From Candidatus Moraniibacteriota bacterium (GTDB lineage: Bacteria; Patescibacteriota; Minisyncoccia; Moranbacterales; UBA1568), in assembly GCA_030648835.1 (NCBI GenBank), contig JAUSGT010000002.1:565458-629457 (forward strand): a stretch of 64,000 bases of DNA, read 5' to 3'. Shown piece after piece: positions 9,850 to 20,165 of this stretch; positions within the stretch are counted from its first letter, which is position 1, and each line of letters opens with the position of its first letter. Position numbers and translations under genes: made by a program. A model generated the notes under the pieces. The model saw only the letters and a program-made list of their open reading frames with translations. It had not been told where the DNA came from and did no database searches.

Positions 9850-10560
9850 ATGCGTATCCTTGATGTTTTTATCGATAATCTCACCCGTGAAGAAATCCGC
9901 ACGCGCGTCGGAATGTTTCTGGATGAACCGAGATTCCATCAGATCGCGACCATCAATCCTGAATTTCTTCTTGAAGCTGAAAAAAATAGAGACTTTCGGG
10001 TGGTTTTGGAACAATGCAACCTGCGTGTCGCCGATGGTTTCGGCATCACACTGGCATTTCTTCTCAAAGGTGAAAGGCTGAGGTACCGTTTCCCTGGCGC
10101 AGATTTGACGGAAGAAGTTTTAAAACTTGCCGATAAAAAGCAACTGGGCATTTATCTTGCAATCCGTAAAGATGGCCTCAGTTCTTTTGAGGAAATAAAA
10201 CGAGCTCTTTTGGAAAAGTACCCTACAGTAAAAATTGATGGCGCAGATATTGATCCGTATCAGGTATCAGGTATCAGGTATCAGGTATCATCGGTTGTCT
10301 TGTGTAATTTTGGAGCACCGATGCAAGAGTTATTTCTTGCTCAGTTAAAAGCTGATTCTTCCCCATCGCGCATAGCTATGGGTGTTGGCGGTAGTTTTGA
10401 TTATCTTACCGGAAAGATCAAGCGTGCTCCAGTGTGGCTTCGCGTCCTTGGGCTCGAATGGTTCTGGCGATTGATTCAACAGCCAAAAAGATGGAAACGA
10501 ATCTGGAACGCGGTCGTGGTTTTCCCATTTCGTGTAATTTTCGCTACAATAGGAAAGTAA
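9850..10560 (+). CDS. WecB/TagA/CpsF glycosyltransferase
   Basis: TINPE, ADGFG, GAPMQE, GVGGSFD, KRAP..LGLEW. Confidence 0.92.
   Translation: MRILDVFIDNLTREEIRTRVGMFLDEPRFHQIATINPEFLLEAEKNRDFRVVLEQCNLRVADGFGITLAFLLKGERLRYRFPGADLTEEVLKLADKKQLGIYLAIRKDGLSSFEEIKRALLEKYPTVKIDGADIDPYQVSGIRYQVSSVVLCNFGAPMQELFLAQLKADSSPSRIAMGVGGSFDYLTGKIKRAPVWLRVLGLEWFWRLIQQPKRWKRIWNAVVVFPFRVIFATIGK
10257..10290 (+). repeat. Heptamer tandem repeat (GTATCAG) x about 5 within the TagA-like CDS
   Basis: Four full copies plus GTATCA; encodes YQVSGIRYQVS. Confidence 0.9.
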
Positions 10561-10597
10561 GTTCATCAAGTTTATAAAGTCTGTAAAGTTAAAGATT

Positions 10598-12112
10598 ATG
10601 TCAAATGTTCGGGTCCGTTTTGCTCCATCACCAACAGGGTATCTCCACGTCGGCGGTTTGCGTACCGCTCTCTACAATTATCTCTTCGCCAAAAAAAACA
10701 ACGGCACGTTCATTCTGCGCATCGAAGACACCGATCAGAAACGTTTTGTGGCCGGAGCAGCGGAAAATCTTATCAAAACTTTGAGTGCTATGGGGATACA
10801 GCATGACGAAGGCATATTTCTTTCGGGTGATACTCTCATCAGTAAAGGAGAATGCGGTCCGTATGCTCAATCCGAACGTTTGGAAATATACAAGACTCAT
10901 ATAAAAAAACTCATTGATTCTCACAAAGCATACTATTGTTTTTGTTCAGTCGGACGCTTGGCCGCTTTGCGTGAGGAACAGATACAAAACAAGCTTTCCG
11001 CAAAATATGACAAGTTCTGCCTCTCACTTTCTCCCGAAGCAATAGAGGAGTCATTGGCCGCGAATGAACCATATGTCGTCCGCCTGAATGTCGATGAAAA
11101 TCGCGGTGATATCGTTTTTGAAGATACGGTGCGGGGGAAAGTGACTATTCACGCCAAAGATGTGGATGACCAGGTACTCATAAAGTCGGATGGTTTTCCG
11201 ACCTACCATCTGGCGGTGGTTATCGACGATCATCTGATGGGGATAACCCATGTCATTCGCGGCGATGAATGGATTTCCAGTACGCCAAAACACGTCCTTT
11301 TGTATGAAGCATTTGGTTGGGAGGCGCCTGTTTTTGCTCATCTCCCACTCCTTCTCAACCCGGACAAGAGCAAACTTTCCAAACGCCAAGGTGACGTCGC
11401 TGCGGAAGATTACCTGGAAAAAGGGTATCTGAAGGAGACGCTGATAAATTTTGTGGCGCTCTTGGGCTGGAATCCGGGACAGGGCAATACTCAGGAAATA
11501 TTTTCACTCGATGAATTGGTAGAGCGCTTCGATCTTGCGCAGGTGCATAAAGCCGGCGCCGTGTTTGATTTGAAGAAACTCGATTGGATGAACACGGAGT
11601 ATGTTAAGCGACTTACTCCTGAAGAATTATATGAGCGCGGGATGCCGTTTCTTGAAGTAAAAGAATTTTACAAAGCATGGAACAGCCAACAGTCAACAAT
11701 TAACGAAGAAGAGAAAATTGAGTTTGTAAAAAGAGTTTTAACGATCGAGCGTGAACGTTTAACGAAACTTTCGGATATCGGCGACAATAATCCTTTTTTC
11801 TTTGTCTCAGAACTTTCGTATGATGCGGCGCTTCTTCATTGGAAACAAAACGCCAAAGAAATGACCAAAGAAGCGCTTGAAAAAGCTCACAAAATTCTTT
11901 CCGGATTAAACGACACGGATTGGGTAAAAAAAGAAACCATAGAAAAAGTTCTGATGGAAGCGGCAGGGGAGCAGCGGGGCGACTTCCTTTGGCCGCTTAG
12001 AGTGGCACTCACCGGAGCGCAGCGTTCCCCCTCACCCTTCGAGGTCGCCTGGGTTTTAGGCAAGGACGCGTCTTTGAAACGCCTCGAAAAAGCTATTAAA
12101 CTAGTCTCTTAA
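10598..12112 (+). CDS. gltX: Glutamate--tRNA ligase
   Basis: RFAPSPTGYLHVGG, LRIEDTD, KLSKR. Confidence 0.97.
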   Translation: MSNVRVRFAPSPTGYLHVGGLRTALYNYLFAKKNNGTFILRIEDTDQKRFVAGAAENLIKTLSAMGIQHDEGIFLSGDTLISKGECGPYAQSERLEIYKTHIKKLIDSHKAYYCFCSVGRLAALREEQIQNKLSAKYDKFCLSLSPEAIEESLAANEPYVVRLNVDENRGDIVFEDTVRGKVTIHAKDVDDQVLIKSDGFPTYHLAVVIDDHLMGITHVIRGDEWISSTPKHVLLYEAFGWEAPVFAHLPLLLNPDKSKLSKRQGDVAAEDYLEKGYLKETLINFVALLGWNPGQGNTQEIFSLDELVERFDLAQVHKAGAVFDLKKLDWMNTEYVKRLTPEELYERGMPFLEVKEFYKAWNSQQSTINEEEKIEFVKRVLTIERERLTKLSDIGDNNPFFFVSELSYDAALLHWKQNAKEMTKEALEKAHKILSGLNDTDWVKKETIEKVLMEAAGEQRGDFLWPLRVALTGAQRSPSPFEVAWVLGKDASLKRLEKAIKLVS

Positions 12113-12133
12113 GGCATTTTTTGCTGTGGTATA

Positions 12134-13390
12134 ATGGTAAATACCATGACACGGCAAAACAAAAATATATACGCCAGCTTTTTTTTGACAGCGCTCTTTT
12201 TTGGTAGCGTTCTTTTTTCTGTCTCTGCCAACGCGGCAGATACCGGAGATCTTACGAGTCAGCTTGATGCTATCAACGCAAAAATCAAAGCTTACAAACA
12301 GATTATCGATCTCAAGCAGCGTCAGGGGTCAACTCTCGCCAATCAGATTCAATCCTTGGAGGCCCAAGCCAACAAACTGCAGCTTGAGATAGATCTCAAT
12401 CAGCAGAAATTGGGCGATCTGGAAGGAAACATCACTCTCCTTTCCTCGCGGATTACGGAAAAAGAAGCAGTTTCCAACAGTCAGAAACAGATGCTTTCCG
12501 AACTGATGCGACTCTATTACAGCGATTATTCCAATACCTCCACAACGCTTATTTTCTCTTCCGCCGAAACTCTTTCATTTTTGAACCAGGAAAATTGGAC
12601 CACACAACTCAGCGGAAAAGTGAGCGAACTGCTCGATTCGATAAAGACTCTGCGTGAGAGCCTCGTAAACGAACGGGCTGTTTTGGAAACGAAAAAAAAT
12701 GAGGCGACTACTCTGAATGAACAATTGAATGCGCGGAATGATTATTTGGAAAGCGCCAAGGAGAGTAAAGCCTATCTTCTGACAAAAACCCAGGCAGAAG
12801 TGAACAAATACGATAATCTTGTCGATGACCTGCAAAAACAACGCGATGAAATCGAAAATGAAATCGAAGATTTGGAATCGGGGAAAATTGGCACGCTTGA
12901 TCTGAAAGACATGCCGGCATTCAAACATGGAACACTTTCATATCCGCTGAAGAAATTCACTCTTTCACAGGGATATGGGAAAACCACCTATGCCAGAAAA
13001 TCAGGATCTTACGGCAAGGCGAATTTTCATAACGGATTGGATTTCGCCGCGCCATCCGGCACGCCCATCTATGCCGCACTGGGAGGAAAGGTAGTTGGCG
13101 TCGGCAATAACGGTCGCTATGCGTACGGTAGATGGGTTGCTATCGATCATGGAGATGGTATTGTCACTTTATATGGACATATGAGCGTACAATCGGTACG
13201 GCGAGGTCAGAGCGTCAAAGAGGGAGAAAAGATAGGCGCCGTGGGGAGTACGGGTAACTCTACCGGTCCACATGTCCATTTTACCGTTTTTTCGGAAAAA
13301 ACTTTTGAAGTTGTTCCTTCGAAATATGTCTCCAGCGTAAAAGATATTCCTATCGGCGCTACCGTCAACCCGTCAGTCTATTTGCCGTAA
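12134..13390 (+). CDS. Secreted coiled-coil M23 peptidase (EnvC/MepM-like)
   Basis: Signal peptide, long coiled coil, HNGLD, YGH, STGPHVHF. Confidence 0.9.
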   Translation: MVNTMTRQNKNIYASFFLTALFFGSVLFSVSANAADTGDLTSQLDAINAKIKAYKQIIDLKQRQGSTLANQIQSLEAQANKLQLEIDLNQQKLGDLEGNITLLSSRITEKEAVSNSQKQMLSELMRLYYSDYSNTSTTLIFSSAETLSFLNQENWTTQLSGKVSELLDSIKTLRESLVNERAVLETKKNEATTLNEQLNARNDYLESAKESKAYLLTKTQAEVNKYDNLVDDLQKQRDEIENEIEDLESGKIGTLDLKDMPAFKHGTLSYPLKKFTLSQGYGKTTYARKSGSYGKANFHNGLDFAAPSGTPIYAALGGKVVGVGNNGRYAYGRWVAIDHGDGIVTLYGHMSVQSVRRGQSVKEGEKIGAVGSTGNSTGPHVHFTVFSEKTFEVVPSKYVSSVKDIPIGATVNPSVYLP

Positions 13391-13391
13391 T

Positions 13392-14162
13392 ATGAAAAAA
13401 TCAAAGCATCCAAATTCTTTTCGCACTCGTTTTGCCAAAGATATCGTGGCGGAAGTGATGTTGCCGGAGCGCCAAACCGGCAAGGTGGCTATCCTCGCCA
13501 TCGGGGCCCCCTCTACACCGTATAAAAAAGAAACGCTTGAGTTTCTCGCTAGCCACGGATATGTGGTCATTTTCCCGCGCTATCGGGGCACGTGGGAAAG
13601 CGCGGGGAATTTCTTGGAAAAGTCTCCTGCCCAAGACATTCGCGACGTGATAACCAAGCTTACCAAGAAACGCTCCGTATACGATATTGCGACACAAGAA
13701 AGAAAAAATATCCGCATTTCCGCTATCCATTTATTTGGCGGATCATTTGGTGGTCCGGCTGTGCTTCTCAATACGCAGTTCCCCATCGTAAAAAAAGTCA
13801 TTGCTCTTGCTCCTGTTTTGGATTGGAGTGTAGACGGGGAAGATGAACCATTTGATACTTTCGTCCGTTACTCTTGCGAAGGGTATGGTGGTGCCTACCG
13901 TACAAAGCGTATCAAAGATTGGCAGAAATTGATTACCACAAACTTCTATAACCCTGTAGCCCATACCGCTGCCATCTTAGGCAAAAAAGTTTTTATTATT
14001 CATTCCAAAGATGATACCAATGTACCATATGAACCAATCATATCGTTTGCACAAAAAACCGGAGCCACATACTATCTGAAACCTCGAGGCGGTCATCGCG
14101 GCTTCTCCTACCTGCCGCACAAATTCTACTGGAAAAAGATTGAGAAGTTTCTTAAGTCCTAG
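13392..14162 (+). CDS. Alpha/beta hydrolase
   Basis: GGSFGG nucleophile elbow, HSKDD, GGH. Confidence 0.8.
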   Translation: MKKSKHPNSFRTRFAKDIVAEVMLPERQTGKVAILAIGAPSTPYKKETLEFLASHGYVVIFPRYRGTWESAGNFLEKSPAQDIRDVITKLTKKRSVYDIATQERKNIRISAIHLFGGSFGGPAVLLNTQFPIVKKVIALAPVLDWSVDGEDEPFDTFVRYSCEGYGGAYRTKRIKDWQKLITTNFYNPVAHTAAILGKKVFIIHSKDDTNVPYEPIISFAQKTGATYYLKPRGGHRGFSYLPHKFYWKKIEKFLKS

Positions 14163-14185
14163 ATTTTTTCATTTTTATTTAGAAT

Positions 14186-14228
14186 GACTCCCCCAGCGCT
14201 AATTTAAAAAATGGGGGAGTTTCTTTTT
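14186..14228 (+). terminator. Intrinsic terminator
   Basis: ACTCCCCCA / TGGGGGAGT stem followed by T-rich tract. Confidence 0.65.
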
Positions 14229-14459
14229 ATGAAATGCCCAATAAGGAAAAAGAAAACAAAAAAAAACTATTTTATTTTTTATAATTTTATAAAAAAATAA
14301 AAAGAAAGAGAAACAGATACACGGGGAGATACATCAATGTACCCAGAAATTATTGAAAGGTCTCAGAACGCATTGTACGCATTCATTTTTGATGGTTTTT
14401 AGGGGGATTCGATATACTTTCGTATAAAGCGCTCATCAGCGGTTCTTTCTATTATTGTA

Positions 14460-14487
14460 ATGTCGCATAAGTTACATAGTGCGACGT
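14460..14487. other. dif-like Xer recombination site (probable terminus)
   Basis: ATGTCGCATAA-GTTACA-TAGTGCGACGT, 11-6-11 layout; left arm shares CGCATAA with the E. coli XerC arm; gene orientation flips here. Confidence 0.7.
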
Positions 14488-14597
14488 TACATATAACAAA
14501 AGAAGAAACTGAAAAAACAGTAAAATAGACTCATTATTTTTTTTCTGAGGCATATGCCCCCTGCTTTATTCCGCATCTGTTTTATTTTATTTAGAAA

Positions 14598-14638
14598 ATA
14601 AAAAAACCGGGTGACGCATACAGCATACGCGTCCCCGG
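14598..14638 (-). terminator. Terminator of the GGDEF gene
   Basis: Minus strand CCGGGGACGCGTATG..GTATGCGTCACCCGG then T7. Confidence 0.7.
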
Positions 14639-14706
14639 CATTCTTCTCGGCCTCTCAGATCCTTCTGATCATCCCCCAAATGGCATCTAACTTCGAAAAA
14701 GTAACG

Positions 14707-15510
14707 TTATTTGGAAGGATGCGTGCTCACAACATCACGCCCATTCTTTTTTGAATGATATGTCGCATGATCGGCTTCCATTTTGGCATTATGGAAAGCT
14801 GCCTCGACTTCCTCTTGTTTGCTCATCTCGGTGAGGGTGATAGCGGCTACCCCGACACTGACGGTAACGCCGAATGTCTCAAAACGTAACCTTAAGTCGT
14901 TGGCGACTGCCGCGCGAAATACTTCCGCGTGTGCTACGGCTTGATCAATGTTTGTGTTCGACATAACGATCAGAAATTCATCCCCACCTGGACGGCAGAT
15001 GATGTCGGTGTCCCGATGAAAAATCGTTTTTGCGATATCGACAACAACCTTGAGCGCCTCATCGCCGGCATCATGACCAAACGTATCATTGACCTGACTG
15101 AAATTGTCCAGATCAAAGGTTATGACACCGAAATGCGGGAAAGGGATCAACATCCCTCTCAATGTCCGCTGGGTTATACCGACTTGGCGCAAAAGTGCTA
15201 TGTTCGCGCCACGCCGATTGAGCGCGCCGGTCAAAGGATCCTTGACAGCAACCTCACTCAGGGTGGCTATCAGTTTTTCTTTGACAACTAGTTCCCGATG
15301 CAGCTCCAAGAGTCGTTTGGAGCGCCCCTCAAGCGCGCGCCTCGCTTCATCATACGTTTGGGAAATTATCCCCTTGAGAGTTTTGTTTTCCTTCGTCAGG
15401 CGTTCCAATTCTTGCCGAGGAGGAAACCATTCAGGACATAGCCGTGAAAACAACTGTAGCAGAATGGTTTTTATGATGCCGGGCTTTTTGCAGACAATTG
15501 CTGTATCCAT
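14707..15510 (-). CDS. Diguanylate cyclase (coiled coil plus GGDEF)
   Basis: DPLTGALNRR, DLDNF..NDTFGH, RxxD I-site, GGDEF; SD AGGAGG. Confidence 0.92.
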   Translation of the reverse strand: MDTAIVCKKPGIIKTILLQLFSRLCPEWFPPRQELERLTKENKTLKGIISQTYDEARRALEGRSKRLLELHRELVVKEKLIATLSEVAVKDPLTGALNRRGANIALLRQVGITQRTLRGMLIPFPHFGVITFDLDNFSQVNDTFGHDAGDEALKVVVDIAKTIFHRDTDIICRPGGDEFLIVMSNTNIDQAVAHAEVFRAAVANDLRLRFETFGVTVSVGVAAITLTEMSKQEEVEAAFHNAKMEADHATYHSKKNGRDVVSTHPSK

Positions 15511-15662
15511 TACGCCTCCTTGGGCAGGTTTGAAGTTATAAAATTGTTCAGGTACGATTGTACAATGATAGCATAAAAACAGTATTTTGTCAATAGTGCA
15601 CCGATGAACTTCTCTGATAGAATGTATGTGTATTTGTTGTTACTTGTATGTTGTCAGTTATT

Positions 15663-16820
15663 ATGCGCATATCCTATTCCACCCTGGACACGTATCAGAA
15701 CTGTCCCCTGAAATATAAATTTCGGGAAATAGACAAGATCAAAGAGCCCAAGTCCAAAGAGGCCGTTTTTGGCACGCTCATCCATTCGGTGATGAAATAT
15801 ATCCATACACCAAGCCTCCTCTCCCCCACCATCGAACAGGCGCTTGATTATTTTGCCAAAGGTTGGAATAGCGAAATCTATGAAAATGAAATAGAAGAAC
15901 GCGCCGCGTTCACCCAAGGTGTCACCATCATCCAAAACTATCTGGCTCATACCAAGCCGGCCAATTACAACATCGTTGATCTGGAGAGCCGTTTCGCTAT
16001 CGAAATCGGAAGCGTTGAAACGGGCGTGCATACCGTTTCCGGTATCATCGATCGTATCGACAAGACAGAAGACGGCTATGAAATCATCGATTATAAAACG
16101 ACGCGCAAAATGCCCTCCCAGGACAAAGTCGACAACGACATCCAGCTCTCTATCTATCTCAAAGCCTTTCTGGCTCGCTATCCGAAAGAAATCGACCGGC
16201 TGGACAAGATCACCGTCAGTCTCTACTACCTGAAGCATGGCGTGAAACTCTCCTCGAAACGCACCATAGAACAATTGGCAAGTCTGGAAAAAACTTTCCT
16301 CAATGTTATTCAATCCATCGAAGAAGGAAAATTCGACCCCATCCTCTCCCCGCTCTGCGATTGGTGCGGCTATCAGAAAATCTGTCCCGTCTGGAAACAT
16401 AAATTTCCGGCAGCCCGCAAACTGGAAACCGCCGAAGTCCGAGGAGCTATCGGCGAGTACCTCGATCTCAAAGGAAAACTGAGCGAAGAAAAACTACGCC
16501 TGATGAAGCTGCAAGAGCTTATTTTGCAATATATGGAGCAGGAGGGCGTCGATCGGGTGTTCGATGACCAAGGTATTATCGGTAAATCACTGCGTAAAAC
16601 CTACAAATATGATGAGGAAAAATTACGGGCTCTCCTCGAACCGCTCGACAAATGGGAATCTGTTTTGAAAGTTGATGGTATCGCTTTGCGGAATATACTG
16701 GCTATTCTCCCCTCTCCTGTCCGTAAAGAAGTTGAGGAAGCGAAAACGTTAGATAAAGAAAGCGTCAGCCTCTCCGTCAAAAAGAATAAAATCGAAGCGG
16801 ATGCGGAGTTAGCTCTGTAA
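15663..16820 (+). CDS. PD-(D/E)XK nuclease, RecB/AddB-like with Fe-S cysteines
   Basis: SYS..YQNCP, GIIDRID, IIDYKT, QLSIY, CDWC..ICP. Confidence 0.85.
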   Translation: MRISYSTLDTYQNCPLKYKFREIDKIKEPKSKEAVFGTLIHSVMKYIHTPSLLSPTIEQALDYFAKGWNSEIYENEIEERAAFTQGVTIIQNYLAHTKPANYNIVDLESRFAIEIGSVETGVHTVSGIIDRIDKTEDGYEIIDYKTTRKMPSQDKVDNDIQLSIYLKAFLARYPKEIDRLDKITVSLYYLKHGVKLSSKRTIEQLASLEKTFLNVIQSIEEGKFDPILSPLCDWCGYQKICPVWKHKFPAARKLETAEVRGAIGEYLDLKGKLSEEKLRLMKLQELILQYMEQEGVDRVFDDQGIIGKSLRKTYKYDEEKLRALLEPLDKWESVLKVDGIALRNILAILPSPVRKEVEEAKTLDKESVSLSVKKNKIEADAELAL

Positions 16821-16906
16821 AAATATAGCTTTAAAAAAAATCAGACCCAGGAATCCACGTCGTGGACCCCGGGCCTTTTGTTTCTATGACAGCCGGTAGA
16901 GCTGAT

Positions 16907-18109
16907 CTAGTGTTTGGAGAAACCGCGGTGCTCCGGCGCGACGAACCCCACAGCCAGTCCGCTCTTTTCGAAAAGATCGCGGACATTGGGTAGTTCTTTG
17001 CCATCAGCTGGTACGATTCCACCCCTGCACCCTGCATCAATCAGAAGTTCTGTTCCTTCCCTTCTGTCCATGCTGGAAATCAGAGCAGAAAGGTTGGCCA
17101 TTACCTTGATCGCGAAATCCGGTTCAACGGAGCGGGAGTTCAGTGTTATTTGAGCGGCCTGCATTGCACCAATCAAGGTTTGCCGACCGGCATCTGAATA
17201 TTTTGTTGTACTTTTCGCATAAGGGAAGAACCCGTCCGATGCAAAGATTGAGCCACGTGTGTCATGTCCGGCACGATATGCCCGATCGAGACACAAGCGG
17301 ACACAAGCAATGCGATCCTGCTGGCCGCAACCCAGTCCGATGAGCATCCGATCTTTAGCTAAGGCAACGGTATTGCTTGAGGCGCGCCAGCAACAGGCGA
17401 AAGCGATGAGCGCGTTTTCGAACTGTTCGGAATTCATTTCCTTTCCTGACCAGGATTGTACTTCTTTCCTGGTGAGTATGAAGCTCGGCGTTCTTTGGCA
17501 AAGCCAATCGGCGCCGGCTGGTTTGACCACCCATTGATTCGTTGAGAAAGGTGATCCATGTAAACTTGGGTTTGAAAGGAGTCGGCGTCCCTGTTTTTTG
17601 CCAAGAATCGCTACAGCACCTGGAGAAAATTCCGGTGCAGCTATTAAATCAAGCCCCCACTTTTCCCGTCCGATACTTTGAGGAGAATTGAGCAGAATTT
17701 GAGCTTCGTCGTCGCCGATAGGGAAATTTGTAATGACTTCACCGCCCATTACGGCAACAGTGTCCCCCATAAGCGCTTTGCCCAGAGCCGTGTGTGGGTG
17801 TTCGTAACTAATGGCTGTGCCGCACGGATTACCATGCTTTCCAGCGATCACGATGTATGGAATGCGCCCATTAAATCGTTGGAATGATTCAACCAAAAGA
17901 CGTTGAATATCAGTTATCTGTGCCAAGTCGGCAATACTGATGAAGCTCGGTTGCCCGGACTCCCATTTGAAGCGGCTCGGCGCCAGCGGGTCATCAGTCC
18001 CTCCGTAAACAAGCCAGGCAGGACTTTGATCCCTGTTTTCACCGTAGGCAAGTATGATTCCATTTTCCAGTTTGATGGTTGTCGCGGGAAAGGGTATTGT
18101 GTGTTCCAT
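16907..18109 (-). CDS. Stand-alone AICAR transformylase-like domain (PurH C-terminal half)
   Basis: YGEN..Q, KHGNPCG, SNTV, GCGQQDR, ASDGFFPY; no IMP cyclohydrolase domain. Confidence 0.8.
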   Translation of the reverse strand: MEHTIPFPATTIKLENGIILAYGENRDQSPAWLVYGGTDDPLAPSRFKWESGQPSFISIADLAQITDIQRLLVESFQRFNGRIPYIVIAGKHGNPCGTAISYEHPHTALGKALMGDTVAVMGGEVITNFPIGDDEAQILLNSPQSIGREKWGLDLIAAPEFSPGAVAILGKKQGRRLLSNPSLHGSPFSTNQWVVKPAGADWLCQRTPSFILTRKEVQSWSGKEMNSEQFENALIAFACCWRASSNTVALAKDRMLIGLGCGQQDRIACVRLCLDRAYRAGHDTRGSIFASDGFFPYAKSTTKYSDAGRQTLIGAMQAAQITLNSRSVEPDFAIKVMANLSALISSMDRREGTELLIDAGCRGGIVPADGKELPNVRDLFEKSGLAVGFVAPEHRGFSKH

Positions 18110-18213
18110 TTTTGCCTCCGTGGCGTTATAAAGACTTCAGTTGTTAAGGTTCGTAACTTTTGAGGATACAAGAAATAAACGCTTTTTGCAAGGTTAAAAC
18201 AATGGGATGTTGG

Positions 18214-19992
18214 TTAGGCCTCCAGCGCTTGCCACTCCTCGTGTGTTTGGGTATATTTTTGCCACATCTCGGCGAAGAGTTGTGATTTTTGCAAAAGTTC
18301 GTTGAAACTCCCGAAAGCGCTGATAATGCCTTTATCGAAGATATAAATCGTGTCAAACATCCTCAGAAGATGGAGCTTGTGGATGGAGGCGATAATGGTT
18401 TTATCGGCGTACGTGGAAAAAATATTTTCATAAATAGCGATCTCATTTTGAGCATCGACACTGCTCGTCGATTCATCGAGAAGAATCATCGATTTATCTT
18501 CCGATGCCAAGAGTCCCCTGACAAGAGCCAGACGCTGTTTCTCTCCACCGCTCAGGTTCACTCCCCGCTCTACGACGGATGATTCCAGTCCGTTCGGCAA
18601 CCGTTCAACCACAGAGCTAAAACGAGCGATGTCCATATACTTCTGTATCTCATTTTCCGTACGATCCACTCCCATTGTGATGTTTTCCCGAATGGTAGTC
18701 GCGAATATTTCCGGCTCCTGTGGGATAAGAGCGATATCGTTCTTCATGGAAATAAACCCATCCGGCAATTCACGACCATCGAGACTCACCGTGACACTCG
18801 CCGGCGTATACAAGCCGCGGATAATCTTGAGAAAAGTAGTTTTGCCACTGCCACTCTCCCCGATGACGGCGATTTTCTCACCGCGCCGGATGGAAAGGCT
18901 CACATTATCCAGATGCAGATCCGCGTCATCCTGGCTGTGGTAAGAAAAGGTAAGCGAGCGGATATTGCAAATCTTCCACTCGTGTACAATGTCCCCTTCT
19001 GGTTCAACTGCGCGGAAATTATCGGAAAGCTCTTCGGCATTCTGGATGGACGTGCGCCAGCGTACCGTATCGCTATAGAGATCGGCAAAATTGTAGAATA
19101 TTTCATTGATCCGTCCGGTGTAGCTGTACAAGGCAAACAAGGTTCCAACAAGGATGACTTCTCCATGCAGTAAAGCAAAATAACCATAGAATCCCAGAAC
19201 GAACGCTATCATCGTGCCGCTCACCATGCTAGCGGTGAACCATTTCCATTCATTCAACTTGGTATTCCCGGCATACAACGGAAACGGTTTCATGATATTT
19301 TTCCACAGATCTTTGGAGAGTAATTGTTCCACACGCAGGATAATCACCGTGGAAATGTTGCTGATGACATCATAAATCTTTGCCGAAATCTTGTTTTCCG
19401 CAGAGTTGAGAAGCCGATACTGTTTCACCAGCGTCTTGTCGAACCGCATGATGATGCGGATAGCAATCAAGGTGACTAAGAGCACGATAAAGATAGTGTT
19501 CAGATTGAAAAGCGCTAAAGCAATGATAGATCCGATAAAGCGTACCCCTGTTTCGATGAACCGGAAGCCATGCTCGGAAAAATTGAAAAGAGCCTTGGTT
19601 CCCTTCTCGATCTTGTCGATGGTATCGCCCGAGTGATGTTCCGTGTGCCATTCGAGTGGCAGTCCGATAGTTCCGTCCAGAAGATATCGTTTGTAATTGG
19701 CACGCACGAGAAAGGCATTGCATTCTTCGAGGACGCGCGCGGGACCGTGAAAAATCCAAAAAGCGATCGTTTGAAGAATAAACAGGCTGAGAAGAATGAA
19801 AAAAGTATGCAGGTTGGCAAAAGTTATCCCCTGCTCCTGAACGGTGTTTAAGATCTTCGCTACGATAAGCGGTTCAAGCAAACTGACGGCATTGGCGGCA
19901 ACAAAAAGGAAAAAATAAAGAACTACTCGGGAGCGGTTGCTCTCGGAAAATTTCCACATCTTGCGTGCCAAGAAAAAAATTGGGTTATTCAT
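18214..19992 (-). CDS. ABC exporter, fused permease and ATPase
   Basis: Multiple TMs; GESGSGKT, LSGGEKQR, LLDE. Confidence 0.93.
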   Translation of the reverse strand: MNNPIFFLARKMWKFSESNRSRVVLYFFLFVAANAVSLLEPLIVAKILNTVQEQGITFANLHTFFILLSLFILQTIAFWIFHGPARVLEECNAFLVRANYKRYLLDGTIGLPLEWHTEHHSGDTIDKIEKGTKALFNFSEHGFRFIETGVRFIGSIIALALFNLNTIFIVLLVTLIAIRIIMRFDKTLVKQYRLLNSAENKISAKIYDVISNISTVIILRVEQLLSKDLWKNIMKPFPLYAGNTKLNEWKWFTASMVSGTMIAFVLGFYGYFALLHGEVILVGTLFALYSYTGRINEIFYNFADLYSDTVRWRTSIQNAEELSDNFRAVEPEGDIVHEWKICNIRSLTFSYHSQDDADLHLDNVSLSIRRGEKIAVIGESGSGKTTFLKIIRGLYTPASVTVSLDGRELPDGFISMKNDIALIPQEPEIFATTIRENITMGVDRTENEIQKYMDIARFSSVVERLPNGLESSVVERGVNLSGGEKQRLALVRGLLASEDKSMILLDESTSSVDAQNEIAIYENIFSTYADKTIIASIHKLHLLRMFDTIYIFDKGIISAFGSFNELLQKSQLFAEMWQKYTQTHEEWQALEA

Positions 19993-20093
19993 AATTCAAT
20001 AATGAAACATACTATACCACAAAATCGCTTATATGGCAACACAACCTACAAAGTATTAAAAAATCGCCTAAAAATGACGACTTTTCAATGTAG

Positions 20094-20165
20094 CTGGGGA
20101 GGAAGGGATCGAACCTTCGCATGGTGGGACCAGAACCCACTGCCTTACCGCTTGGCTACTCCCCA
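20094..20165 (-). tRNA. tRNA-Gln(CUG)
   Basis: TGGGGAGTAGCCAAGCGGTAAGGCA GTGGG TT CTG GT CCCAC..GGTTCGATCC; CCA not encoded. Confidence 0.95.

Noticed and set aside
14337-14402. 21-aa ORF MYPEIIERSQNALYAFIFDGF after GGGGAG
   Set aside because: Too short to support; the G-run may instead be a terminus polarity motif
15663-16820. Cas4/CRISPR system
   Set aside because: Cas4-like Fe-S nuclease fold only; no other cas genes or repeat-spacer array seen
18110-18213. ZTP riboswitch upstream of the PurH-like gene
   Set aside because: Leader is short and AT-rich with no recognisable aptamer
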